A stretch of DNA of 32,000 bases from positions 536,786 through 568,785 of the forward strand of contig CP001331.1 in assembly GCA_000090985.2 (NCBI GenBank). The letters run 5' to 3'. The stretch is from Micromonas sp. (Eukaryota). Positions 7,212 to 16,739 of the stretch are shown here, in pieces; within the stretch, counting starts at the first letter, position 1; each line of letters starts with the position of its first letter. The notes below the pieces were generated by a model. It was not told the origin of the DNA. It made no database searches and worked only from the letters and a program-made list of their open reading frames with translations. Made by a program: the position numbers and the translations under genes.

Positions 7212-9446
7212 ATGCCGCGGGGTCGAGGCGAGGAGCGCGCGGCTTTGACCCGAGAGGTCCGGGATGCGTTCGCGCGGCTCACCCGGCAGGGTCTTGATCC
7301 CAACGACGCGGCGGCGCTCGCGCTGAAGCTCGCGGCGGGCATCGCGGAGTGGCCGCTCGACGTGCCCGCGTTCCTCGGAGCCGTCCAGCGGTGCAAGGAC
7401 GCATCGCTCCGCTCGGGGGAGAAGCTTTCGGAGCACCTCGGCGTGAGCGACGCCATCGAGCGCGTCTTCTCCAGCGCGGATGCGCTCAACTCTAGCTTCA
7501 TCGCGCCGTCGGAGCGTCGAGAAAGAAGCGACGGCGTCGGCGAAGACGACGGCGGCGACGACGACTCGCTCTCGTCGGAGGAGACAAATCCGCCGCTAGA
7601 TCCCGCGACGAGACGGGTGAGGGACGCGCTCAAGCTTGACTTCGACGAGCTCCTAGACGTGTACCAAGCCGTCGAATCGCTCGGATCGCTGTTCGTCGGC
7701 ATCCTCCTCGCGTCGTTCGCGCGGCTGCTGGAATCGTTGGGCGACGGTCCCACCGCGTGGTCGCGCGCCGGGCACTCCCTGATACGCCTCGTGCTGATCT
7801 TGCTCGAGTGCCCGGCGCTCATCGAACCCGCGCACTTTGACGTCCTCGGCTCGTTGCTCAAGCTCGCGGCGTCGCTGCCGTGCAGCGCGAAGGACGCGTT
7901 CGTGCGTTGCGTCCGGGCGTGTTACACGCGCGAGCGGTTCACGCGGACCCTAGCGGTGGTCCAGCAGTTTGTCACCGTGAGGGTGTACGAGTCCCGTCGC
8001 CACAGCTGTGTCGACGTGGCGTTGGAACACGCCACTTCGTTTCTTCGAGTGCTGTGGCTCGCGAACGAGGCTGGGGGTGCCGAGAGGGGTGCCGAGACGG
8101 ATGCCGATGGGAGACCGTACGCGTTCGTGCCGCTCGCGGACTTTCGCGTGGACGCGGTGAACGGCGAAGGCTTCGACGCGAGGGAGGACTACCGCAGGTG
8201 GCGGCGGCCCGACCTGTTCACGTTTTCATTCTGCGATTTTCCCTTTGTCTACGACCAGGTGGCCAAGGCTAGGATACTGCAGCTGGAATCGGCGATGTTA
8301 CAGGCGCACGTGTTCGAGCACTACGCGCTTGGTTCGCCGTTCGATCGCGCCGACGCGTGCGCCGTGTCCGACCTGGCGTGTCCGTACCTGAAGCTCGACG
8401 TGAGGCGGGACTGCCTGTTGGCGGATACCATGCGGCAGCTCGCGTATCACGTTCGCTGCGGCGACATCCGTAAGCCGTTACGCGTCCGTTTCGTGGGTGA
8501 AGAGGGCGTCGACGAGGGGGGCGTGCAGAAGGAGTTCTTCCAGCTCATCGCGCCGGAGGTGTTCAGCAAGCGCGTGGGATTCGAGTGGGACGACGAGACG
8601 AATTGTTGCTGGTTCGCCAAGGGTAAGCAGCCGTGGGCCGAGTACGAGCTGGCGGGCGTCATCGTTGGTTTGGCTGTGTACAACGGTCACGTTCTGGACC
8701 TCAGGTTACCGAAAGCGGCGTACAAGAAACTCACGGGCGAGAGGGTCGGGCTCGCCGACCTGCGCGACGTCGCGCCGTGGCACCACAACGCCGCGCTGTG
8801 CCTCCTTCGGTGCGAGAACGAAGACGAGTGCGCGAGCTTCGGTTTCTCCTTCTCCGCGTCGTACGTCGATGACGTGAGCGGCGAGACGGAGTGCGTGGAT
8901 TTGCTCCCCCCGTGCGGCGAAGAGACGCGCGTGACGATGGCGAACAGGACAGAGTACGTTCACAGGTACGCGGAGTGGTACCTCGTCGACTCGGTCGCCG
9001 CGCAGTTTGACGCGTTTCGAGTTGGCTTTGAGCGCCTCTGCTCCGGTTCGTGCGTTTCGATGTTTCGTTCGGACGAGTTGGAGTCGGTCATCGTCGGCGC
9101 GCCGAGTTTGGACTTTCGCGCGCTGCAGGCGAACTGCTCGTACGAGGACGGCCTGTTGGTCGACTCCGACCTGTCGCGGTGGTTCTGGGACGTGGTGCAC
9201 CTCGATTTGACGGCGCATCAGCGAAGGCGGCTGCTGTGTTTCGTCACCGGCTGCGACAGGGCTCCGGTTGCCGGGCTAGGTTCGGTTCGTCTGGCGTTGA
9301 GCGTCAACGGAAGCGACGACGCTCGTTTACCCACGGCGCACACGTGCTTCAACCACCTGATGCTGCCGAGGTACTCGTGCCGCGAAGTTCTGAGGGAGAG
9401 GCTGACGACGGCGATCGAGAACGCCGAAGGCTTCGGGCTGCAGTAG
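7212..9446 (+). CDS. HECT-domain E3 ubiquitin-protein ligase
   Basis: ORF 7212..9446 with an ATG start. The C-terminal ~350 aa form a HECT domain: LRVRFVGEEGVDEGGVQKEFFQL, GVIVGLAVYNGHVLDLRLP, FVTGCDRAPVAGLG. The catalytic Cys lies in LPTAHTCFNHLMLPRY. Confidence 0.9.
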   Translation: MPRGRGEERAALTREVRDAFARLTRQGLDPNDAAALALKLAAGIAEWPLDVPAFLGAVQRCKDASLRSGEKLSEHLGVSDAIERVFSSADALNSSFIAPSERRERSDGVGEDDGGDDDSLSSEETNPPLDPATRRVRDALKLDFDELLDVYQAVESLGSLFVGILLASFARLLESLGDGPTAWSRAGHSLIRLVLILLECPALIEPAHFDVLGSLLKLAASLPCSAKDAFVRCVRACYTRERFTRTLAVVQQFVTVRVYESRRHSCVDVALEHATSFLRVLWLANEAGGAERGAETDADGRPYAFVPLADFRVDAVNGEGFDAREDYRRWRRPDLFTFSFCDFPFVYDQVAKARILQLESAMLQAHVFEHYALGSPFDRADACAVSDLACPYLKLDVRRDCLLADTMRQLAYHVRCGDIRKPLRVRFVGEEGVDEGGVQKEFFQLIAPEVFSKRVGFEWDDETNCCWFAKGKQPWAEYELAGVIVGLAVYNGHVLDLRLPKAAYKKLTGERVGLADLRDVAPWHHNAALCLLRCENEDECASFGFSFSASYVDDVSGETECVDLLPPCGEETRVTMANRTEYVHRYAEWYLVDSVAAQFDAFRVGFERLCSGSCVSMFRSDELESVIVGAPSLDFRALQANCSYEDGLLVDSDLSRWFWDVVHLDLTAHQRRRLLCFVTGCDRAPVAGLGSVRLALSVNGSDDARLPTAHTCFNHLMLPRYSCREVLRERLTTAIENAEGFGLQ

Positions 9447-9580
9447 CGTTTTCAACTTCCTCACTCAGACGTCCCTTTTCATTGATGCGGACTGAGACCC
9501 GCGGAGACCTCTCGACTGCTCGACGATCACTCTCAGATCACTTACTCTCTTCACGCCTTGGTGCGCGCCCGAGCGACAAC

Positions 9581-10171
9581 ATGGACGAGGAAGACTGGTC
9601 CAGCGACGACGATGCGGAGATCACCCGCGGCAGGAAGCGCGCCGCGGCGTCCGAAGGCAGCGAGGTGCGCCCCGCACGCGCCAGCCAACCGCGCGATTGG
9701 CCGCCGGATTACCCTAAAATTCCTTAAGATCGCGCCGAGCGGAGCCCGCCGACCCGCGCCTCTCCATGCGACCGCACGACGCTGACCACGCGGAGCACCC
9801 CCCCGCATCATCCCAACTCCAACAGGACGATGACGACGCCGAGGACCCCAACGATCCCTACGGCGATGGCTTCGGCGACGACCTCATGGGCGACGACGAC
9901 GATCGAGCGCGTCTCGCGGGCATGACGGAGCTCGAGCGCGAGGAGATCTTAGCCGACCGCAGGGACGCGCGCGCCAAGATCCAGGACCGCAAGCGGATCA
10001 TCCAGATGGCCCGCGAGAAGAAGGAGCGCGAGGCGGGGGGCAAGAAGAAGTTCAAGCCCTCCGACGTGCGCAAGAAGACGCTCGAGGATGCCAAGGGTAA
10101 ATCGTCGCGCGCGCAGGCGCTGGCGGATATCGCGAAGAAGAAGGACGCGTCCAGGCGCCGACGCGTGGACC

Positions 10172-10203
<32 letters not shown>

Positions 10204-11556
10204 TACGGCTCGGACGACGACGTCTCCCTCGAGGACGAGGAACTCACCGGCATCCTCCCCCAGCGGGAGAAGCGAGCCCCGCGATCGAGAAAAACTGCGG
10301 CCGATTCCGAGGATGACTACTCGGACGACGACGACGAGGAGGGCGGCGGCGACCGCGTCCCGGCGTCGGAGATTCAGATCATGTCCATCGTCCTCACCAG
10401 GGACACGCTGTCGCGGTGGATCACCGAACCTTTCGTCGAGACGTGCGCGCCGGGCTGCTTTGTTCGCATCAGCGTCGGCGTGAACAGGCACACGGGCGAG
10501 AATAAGTACGCTCTCGGCGAGATTGTCGGCGTCGCGGAGGGCAAGCACAAGGCGTACAACCTCAAGGAGTACGAGTACCCGCACAAGGGGAGCGGGAAGT
10601 GGACGAACAAGTGGCTCCTGCTGCGGTACGGCCGCGACGAGCGCGCGTTTATGATTGCGGAGGTTTCCAACTCGCCGGTGACGGACGCGGAATACGGGGC
10701 GTGGAGGGCGCAGCTGGAGAAGGACGGGGTGAAGTTCCCGCAGCTCAGGGACATCAACGCGGCGCAGTCCAACATCAAGGCCGCGCAGGACTACCGGTAC
10801 ACGTCCGAGGATATCCAGAAGATGCTCAGCAAGCGAGCGGAGAAGAGGTTGGGGCTGCAACAAAACCTGGCGTCTCAGAAGGAGAACATTCGCCGCCTGA
10901 TCGAGCGCGCGAAGATGGACGGCGACGACGAGGCGGTCGCCAACCTCGAGGAGCAGATGGCGCAGGTCATGGAGAAGCTCAAGGTGCGGCTGGACAAGGG
11001 CGGAACCGCGGAGATGATGGCGGCGATCAACAAGAAGAACAACGCCGTCAACGACGCGAACTTGTCCCGCATCGCGTCCGAGCAGGTGGCGCGCGCCAAG
11101 AGCGGCGCAGCCGATCAGAGCGCCAACGACCCGTTCAGCCGCCGCCCCACCAAGGCGGCCACCTACTACGCCATCGGGAAAGGGAAGGAGGAGGGGGCGG
11201 AGGAAGGGGAGGCAAAGCCGAAGACTCCCGCGGCGGTGAAGACCTCGGGGGGCGGGAAAGACGCAGCGCGGGCTCCGAAGACGCCGAGGGCTGGGCTCAA
11301 CTCGTACAGCGTCGCGGCGCGGGTGAAGCGCGACGTGATCGTCAGGGCGCACGACGTCGACGTGAGCGTGCACCCCGCGCTCGCGGGTGGCGAGGATCCG
11401 ATGTTGTCGAAGGGTCTGCGGAAGGGCCTCATTCCGGTGCTGAGGCGCGCGATGCTCGGCGGGCGCGGGTTGCTCGCGGCGGACACGCGCGCCGCGCCGG
11501 TGAAGACGTTGTCGCTGCACGAGTACAAGGCGAGGCTCGACCAGATGGACGAGTGA
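9581..11556 (+). CDS. RTF1: RTF1-like Paf1-complex subunit with Plus3 domain (2 exons: 9581..9664, 9826..11556)
   Basis: GDDLMGDDDDRARLAGMTELEREEILADR and the Plus3 region (LSRWITEPFVETCAPGCFVRISVG ... WLLLRYGRDERAFMIAEVSNSP) match RTF1/VIP5. Exon 1 (MDEEDWSSDDDAEITRGRKRAAASEGSE) joins in frame to DDDDAEDPND. Alternative unspliced start: ATG at 9766. Confidence 0.85.
9665..9825 (+). other. Spliceosomal intron (161 nt) of RTF1-like gene
   Basis: Donor GAG|GTGCGCC, branch-like CTGAC about 40 nt before the acceptor, C-rich tract, acceptor CAACAG|GAC. Phase 0 on both sides. Confidence 0.6.
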
Positions 11557-11575
11557 TGACGTGGTAGAGGAGCAT

Positions 11576-11602
11576 CGTATATTCAAACGTATATTCAAAC
11601 GT
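11576..11602. repeat. Tandem 12-mer cgtatattcaaa x2 in a convergent 3' spacer
   Basis: cgtatattcaaacgtatattcaaacgt lies directly after the RTF1 stop codon. Confidence 0.7.
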
Positions 11603-11659
11603 TTCTCGAGTGTCTCGTGCTTCGCGTCGTCGAAGCGAGCGTGCTGGACCTTCACGCGG

Positions 11660-11750
11660 TCGAACCGATACAAGCCACAATCGAGTGAGGTATGTTCGAT
11701 GCATTAGCACAAGTGCCCAACGAACATGTCTCTCTCTTGTATCGGTTCGA
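11660..11750. repeat. Inverted repeat (15-bp perfect arms, 61-nt spacer with inner 7-bp stem)
   Basis: tcgaaccgatacaag (11660..11674) and cttgtatcggttcga (11736..11750). Inner pair: atgttcg (11692..11698) with cgaacat (11721..11727). Located between two convergent stop codons (11556 + and 11845 -). Confidence 0.7.
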
Positions 11751-11844
11751 ACGCTCAAAAAATATACCTTGAAGGTTGCTTCCAGCACGCTCGCGGACGC
11801 CGCCAATCACGTTGTGCATAGCGCGTTCCCTCGTTCGTCCACGC

Positions 11845-12477
11845 TCACGGCCTCCACTTGAACGGGTACTTCACCCCGGTGTCCGACCCGGCGTCGTTCA
11901 ACATCTCCTGGAAGTCCTCCAGCAGCGCGTGCACCCCGGGCTCGGTGAATTCCTCGTCCGCGCCGAGGTCCGCGGCGGCGTTTTCTCCGAGGAGCTTCTT
12001 CCACGACGCCGCGAGTTTCTTGCACGCGGACTGCATCTCGTCCCCGTCGCCCCAACACTCGTTGTCCCTCGACCACGTGTCCTCCTGGAGCAGCGCGTAC
12101 GTCAGCATGCAGAGTCTGTCGAACTTTTGGGGCTTCGTGAGCTTGGAGGCGGTCGCCTTCTTGACTTCGCCTTCTATGCCGAACACAACTTCGTTCCCCG
12201 AGCCTGTGGTGTAGACGTGTGTGTTGTTGGAGTCGTAGGAGTCGGCGTCGGAGTCTTCGCAGCAGACGAACGCGAACGCGTGCTTCAGCGCGTCGTCGCG
12301 CTCTTGGGTGATCATCAACACCCGGACGCCCGCCATGGTCTCTTCGGTGTGGGGCGGGTGAGTGGTGGTTCCTCTCACCGCTACGGTCCCGTCGGCGCCG
12401 GTGCGCTCCATCACAGCCTTCCTCCGCTCGTGCCACGCGGTCTCCGCCGCGGATTTCGGTACGTTGCCGTCGGACAT
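11845..12477 (-). CDS. Hypothetical globular protein (210 aa), family not recognised
   Basis: Track ORF 11845..12576; the first ATG is at 12477 (MSDGNVPKSAAETAWHERRK...). Balanced composition with W/C/F/Y/K, e.g. FAFVCCEDSDADSYDSNNTHVYTTGSGNEVVFGIEGE and DTWSRDNECWGDGDEMQSACKKLAASWKKLL. The overlapping plus-strand ORF 11776..12867 is R/L/V-rich, typical of antisense. Confidence 0.6.
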   Translation of the reverse strand: MSDGNVPKSAAETAWHERRKAVMERTGADGTVAVRGTTTHPPHTEETMAGVRVLMITQERDDALKHAFAFVCCEDSDADSYDSNNTHVYTTGSGNEVVFGIEGEVKKATASKLTKPQKFDRLCMLTYALLQEDTWSRDNECWGDGDEMQSACKKLAASWKKLLGENAAADLGADEEFTEPGVHALLEDFQEMLNDAGSDTGVKYPFKWRP

Positions 12478-12863
12478 GCTTCGCGGCGCGGGATCCTCCG
12501 CCGATACCGCCGCGGCGCGCGAGTTGTGGCGCCACGACACCCCCGAGTCGTGGCTTTTTCTCGGAGGGCACCGCACAAAAGCACTTTAAAAAAATCGGGC
12601 GCGAGATCCGGCGTGACGTGGCAGCTGACTCGACTTTTTTCACGGAACGTCACGAGCGCGCGGGGGACACTATCCAACGCGCTCGGACACCCATCCGACC
12701 GCTCTCGATACGCGCTCGCGCCGTTCCGACCTCCGACGCGCTCCACGACCGCGACCGACGCGACCGCACCGGCCGACATCCCCAAATTCGCCCCGAACCC
12801 AAAGGCTAATTCGCCCTTCACCCGATCCGAGCCTTCTCCTCTGAAAAGTAACAAACCGACGAC

Positions 12864-13825
12864 ATGAGCTACCACCTCAACAACGGCGTTCCCCTGCAGC
12901 TCGACGGCAACGACACCGCGCCGCCCCCGCTTCCGCCCTGGCTTAAGGGCTTCCTCGTGACGTCCAAGAAGCGCGAGGACGTCGCCGCGGCGGGAAGGGA
13001 GATCGCCAACCTGTGCAACGACCTCTTCTTCAAACTCGCCTACGACGACCTCGGCGTCCCCGCGAGCATGGTCAAGCCCGGGGAGACCGAGGTCCCTTAC
13101 GATTTCGCCGAGCCCTTGCTCATCCCGGGGTGCCCCGGCAGCGTGTTCGTCGCGCTCAGGCCCGACAACAACACCGTCAACGTTCGCATGATCGCCGAAG
13201 GTGCGCCGACGGTCCCGGAACCCCCCGTGTTTCCCGAGACCTTCTTTTTTCTCCCAACCGTCGTCTTCTCCAAGCACAACACTCGTAGCTACGACATTCC
13301 GCTGACCGAGCATCCTCCCCATCGACCCGCGCAGACCTCATCGAGGAGGCGGACAAAGTCGGCGCCGCGGGATGGACCAAGACCAGCCACGTTCAGAGGC
13401 TCATCCCCGTCGAACGCGTCGCCCCCGAGGCGGACCTCGACCGGCTCGCCGCTACAATCATCGACGAGCACTTCCCCCGAGTCCGAGCCACCGACGACGT
13501 CAAGCCCGGGCACAAGCTCCCCACGTTCCGCGTGCACTACGAGGAACACAGCGCCGCGCTGCACCTGCACAAGATCGACGTGGAGAAGAAGGTCGCGGAC
13601 ATGGTCCCGTCCGATTACGAGGTTAACCTGAACGATCCGACGCTCACCATCCTCGTCTCCGTCGCCGGCGGCTCGTGCATGATGAGCGTCGTGAAAGGGT
13701 ACGCGTCGCACGAGAAATTTCACCACTTTCACATCCACTCCGCATCGGACCTGTCCCCGAAGAAGGGGACGGGGATGCCGGCGTCGTCGGTGTGGACGCA
13801 GCCCGGACGCGCGCAGGCGGCGTGA
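12864..13825 (+). CDS. THUMPD1: THUMP-domain protein, THUMPD1/Tan1-like (2 exons: 12864..13200, 13335..13825)
   Basis: After splicing: ...CPGSVFVALRPDNNTVNVRMIAE-D-LIEEADKVGAAGWTKTSHVQRLIPVERV ... TFRVHYEEHS ... NLNDPTLTILVSVAGGSCMMSVVKGY. This parallels human THUMPD1 (...RMLPISGTCKA... DLTNPQYTVVVEIIKAVCCLSVVKDY) as I recall it. The two halves lie in different frames. Confidence 0.8.
13201..13334 (+). other. Spliceosomal intron (134 nt) of THUMPD1-like gene
   Basis: Donor GAAG|GTGCGCC, branch-like CTGAC at about 13302, pyrimidine-rich tract, acceptor CGCGCAG|AC. Phase 1 on both sides restores the THUMP frame. Confidence 0.7.
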
Positions 13826-13945
13826 ACGCCTCCGCGAGCGAGCGATAAAGCCGATGGGTCGACCGAGAAACGTCGCTTCTGACGGCGTTGTACGTGTGCG
13901 TGTAAGAGTTTACGTGAATGAATGAGTTAAACGTTACCAACCGCG

Positions 13946-15049
13946 TCATTCGCCGCCCGCCTCCACCACCACGTCGTACGTGCTGAGCTTCACAGCCATC
14001 GTCACCTCCTCGAGGTTGACGCACTCCCTCAGCTCCGTCTCGACGCTCACCAGCCCCCGCCCCGATCGCCCTTGTGCACCCGCCCCATCCGACCCGCCAA
14101 CCGGAGGGATCCACCCCGGGATCTTCGTCGGGTCCTCCATCAGCGCCATGAACCGCGCGTGGTTCTCCGGGAAACGACCGGGCGGATCCGCGAGCACGAA
14201 CCGTCCCGCGCCCCCGCGTTCGTTCCCGTCGAACAGTCGCAGCACCAGCGTCGCGATGGCGTCCACAGCCTCTGGCGTGTACAACACGTCGCACGCGAGG
14301 ACGACGTCGAATCCGCTCGGCGCGGCGTCCGGCTCGAACCAATCCACTTTCGCCGCGGAAACCGCGCACTTCGACGGGTGCGCGCGGATGTCGGAGCACG
14401 GAAACTGCGTCGGCAGCGGCGGCAGAGGCACGCCGTCCGGTTCGTTGCTCTCGCCGGTCAGCGGTGCGACGTTTTCGATTCCGTTTGCGACGCAACCCGC
14501 GAGGGAACACCACAGCGCTCGTTCCTCCCTGTCCGTCATGACCACCTCTTTCGCGCCGCACATGGCCGCCGCGATGCCGCCGAGGCCGAGGCCGCATCCC
14601 AGGTCGACGACGCGCTTGCCGCGGACGACGTCGGGGTTGGCGAAGATGGCGGCGGCGAGGGCGACGGAGCCGTGCCACAGGTCCGCCCAGTGCGGGTCGT
14701 CGTTGGGCTTTCCCAGCGCGCTGTAGACGTCCACGACGAGGTCCTCGGACTCGGGGAGCACGAGCCTCACCTTGACGCCGTCGCAGTCGCACTCGCACGC
14801 GAACATGTGCATCGGGACGTGGTCGCTCATGGGGTGCGGCAGGTCCGTCTCGATCTCCTCGAACGTGCGGTACCTAACCAGCGGATCCGCAGACTCCCAC
14901 GCCATCCTCGCGGCCGCCCGAGGGATGCCGCTCGACGACGACGACGATGGGCGTCGCGACGGGCGGTGGAGCGCGTGACGCCAGTTGGCGGTGGAGGGCG
15001 ACGGGGTCGCGCATCGCGCCGCGAAGGGCGCAGCCGCGCCGGTGGCCAT
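13946..15049 (-). CDS. Class I SAM-dependent protein-lysine methyltransferase, METTL20/ETFBKMT-like, with N-terminal presequence-like extension
   Basis: Track ORF 13946..15277; a plausible ATG at 15049 gives MATGAAAPFAARC.... DPHWADLWHGSVALAAAIFANPDVVRGKRVVDLGCGLGLGG closely parallels METTL20 (DPYWAFCWPGGQALSRYLLDNPDVVRGKSVLDLGSGCG). FVLADPPGRF parallels the GDPGRP motif. Confidence 0.8.
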   Translation of the reverse strand: MATGAAAPFAARCATPSPSTANWRHALHRPSRRPSSSSSSGIPRAAARMAWESADPLVRYRTFEEIETDLPHPMSDHVPMHMFACECDCDGVKVRLVLPESEDLVVDVYSALGKPNDDPHWADLWHGSVALAAAIFANPDVVRGKRVVDLGCGLGLGGIAAAMCGAKEVVMTDREERALWCSLAGCVANGIENVAPLTGESNEPDGVPLPPLPTQFPCSDIRAHPSKCAVSAAKVDWFEPDAAPSGFDVVLACDVLYTPEAVDAIATLVLRLFDGNERGGAGRFVLADPPGRFPENHARFMALMEDPTKIPGWIPPVGGSDGAGAQGRSGRGLVSVETELRECVNLEEVTMAVKLSTYDVVVEAGGE

Positions 15050-15356
15050 CGCCTCCCGCGTCTCTCCCTGTGGCTGGCCGCCCGGTCGCGCGACTCGGCA
15101 CGCCCTATCGGCTCGTGCCGTCGCTCCTCCGGCGCGGTTGGCTCGTTTTCGGCGCGTCAGCAAAAAAAAAACGAAGCGGAGGAAATAACTCGTGCTTTCA
15201 GGGTTCATCGCGCGAAGAGACCGTGTCGTCAACGTTGGGCCGTCGGGCCGTAGATTTTCGCCCGGGGCGGACGACATTTGCCTCTGGATTCATCGCGCCG
15301 CGCCACTTCGTGAGACGCGCGCGCGCCGGTGTGGTGGTACGACCTCACGAATCGCG

Positions 15357-16685
15357 ATGGCGCAATCCCTCGCGACGATGCGCGCGACGCCCGCGCTCGA
15401 ACGCCGAGCGCTCTCCTCCCTCGGCGCGTCCTCTAGGACGTCGATTGGTGCCGTGACGCGCGCCGGAAGATTCGGCCCATCGTCGCGGGTGCCCCACGCG
15501 CGGTCGCCCCTTCGCGCGCGCGCGGGCGACCGCGACCGCGTGCCCGACGGGGACAAGAACAGCCGCTACTACTCCGAATCCGCCGCGGGCCCCGCCGAGC
15601 TCGACTCCCTCCTCGAGCTCTACCTGTCCAAGTGCCGCAGCAACGCCGCCGCCGACGCCGCGCGCGCCGCGCTCGAACGGCCCTCCGCGGAGCCGTCGCC
15701 CGCGTCGATCCCCCCGCGAGGTCCGAGCGCCGGCAAGGTTTACCTCATCGGCACCGGCCCGGGCGACCCCGGGCTCCTCACGCTGAAGGCGTACCACCTC
15801 ATGCAGACCGCCGACGTCGTCCTCTACGACCGACTCGTCTCCCCGCAGATCCTCGACCTCGTCTCCACAAACTCCACCATGCTGTACGTCGGCAAGCAAT
15901 CCGGGTACCACACCCGAACGCAGGACGAGATCGAGGCGATGATGCTCGCGTTCGCGGCGAACGGCGCGACGATCGTCAGGCTCAAGGGCGGCGACCCGCT
16001 CGTGTTCGGCAGGGGCGGCGAGGAGATGGAGGCGCTCGCCGCGCGGGGGCACGAGGTGCGCATCGTCCCCGGCATCACCGCCGCCGCGGGGGTTGGTTCG
16101 GAGCTCGGCATCCCGCTGACCCACCGAGGGGTGGCGACGTCGGTGCGGCTGCTCACGGGGCACCTGCGCGAGGGCGCCGCGAAAGAGGCGGCCAGCGGCG
16201 ACGGCAACGCGGTCGCGGACGCCGTGGACTTTGCCGTCACCAGCGCGGACCTCGACACCACGCTCGTCGTGTACATGGGCCTCGCCACGCTCCCGGCGTT
16301 GGCGGCCAAGCTGCTCGCGTCCGGCTTCCCCGCCGATACTCCCGCGGTGGCGGTGGAAAGGGGAACCACGCACCTCGAGCGGCGGGTGTTCAGCACCATC
16401 GAAAACCTCCCGGCGTCCGTCGCGACGTGCGGGTTGAAATCCCCCACGCTGCTCATCGTCGGGGCGACGGTGAAGTTGTCCCCGTGGTGGCCGTGGCGAG
16501 ACCGAGCGGGCGACGCCGTCGCTCCGCCGAGCGCTTCCCCGGCGTACGACCTTCAGACGGGTTTGCCGTCCGAGGACACGAGGGAGTGGTTCACGGAGCA
16601 CTCGCGGACGCTCGGGAAGCTCCGGGAGATGGGAAAAGGGGTCGAGGAACCCTCGGAGGAGGGAGACCCGTCGCCTGCGCGGTGA
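15357..16685 (+). CDS. UPM1: Uroporphyrinogen-III C-methyltransferase (siroheme branch), with transit-peptide-like N-terminus
   Basis: Track ORF 15192..16685; the first ATG is at 15357 (MAQSLATMRATPALERR...). Motifs: VYLIGTGPGDPGLLTLKA, VVLYDRLV, RLKGGDPLVFGRGGEE, IVPGITAA, SPTLLIVG. Confidence 0.9.
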   Translation: MAQSLATMRATPALERRALSSLGASSRTSIGAVTRAGRFGPSSRVPHARSPLRARAGDRDRVPDGDKNSRYYSESAAGPAELDSLLELYLSKCRSNAAADAARAALERPSAEPSPASIPPRGPSAGKVYLIGTGPGDPGLLTLKAYHLMQTADVVLYDRLVSPQILDLVSTNSTMLYVGKQSGYHTRTQDEIEAMMLAFAANGATIVRLKGGDPLVFGRGGEEMEALAARGHEVRIVPGITAAAGVGSELGIPLTHRGVATSVRLLTGHLREGAAKEAASGDGNAVADAVDFAVTSADLDTTLVVYMGLATLPALAAKLLASGFPADTPAVAVERGTTHLERRVFSTIENLPASVATCGLKSPTLLIVGATVKLSPWWPWRDRAGDAVAPPSASPAYDLQTGLPSEDTREWFTEHSRTLGKLREMGKGVEEPSEEGDPSPAR

Positions 16686-16739
16686 TTGATTTGGTTTTTT
16701 TTGGTTTTTGAAAAATCTCTAGCACTACTCGTACCCTCG

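Noticed and set aside
6401-7861. 486-aa minus-strand ORF antisense to the 6690 ORF and the HECT gene
   Set aside because: Ser/Ala/Arg/Pro low-complexity with no motifs. The opposite strand carries a HECT ligase with clear homology and higher GC3.
9949-11673. 574-aa minus-strand ORF antisense to RTF1. Similar antisense or off-frame ORFs: 11776..12867, 12411..13322, 13644..14798, 14072..15253, 15345..16601, 15632..16711, 22263..23399, 26986..28008, 28041..28919, 29201..30445, 30528..31292
   Set aside because: All are Arg/Leu/Val/Pro-rich with no recognisable domains, and each overlaps a gene with strong homology in another frame or strand. Long stop-free frames are expected at this GC content.
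12864-13631. Continuous 255-aa ORF taken at face value as the THUMP protein
   Set aside because: After about residue 112 it reads through an intron (GTGCGC donor at 13201), then out of frame. The THUMP-domain homology (RLIPV..., SVVKGY) is in another frame and is restored only by splicing 13201..13334.
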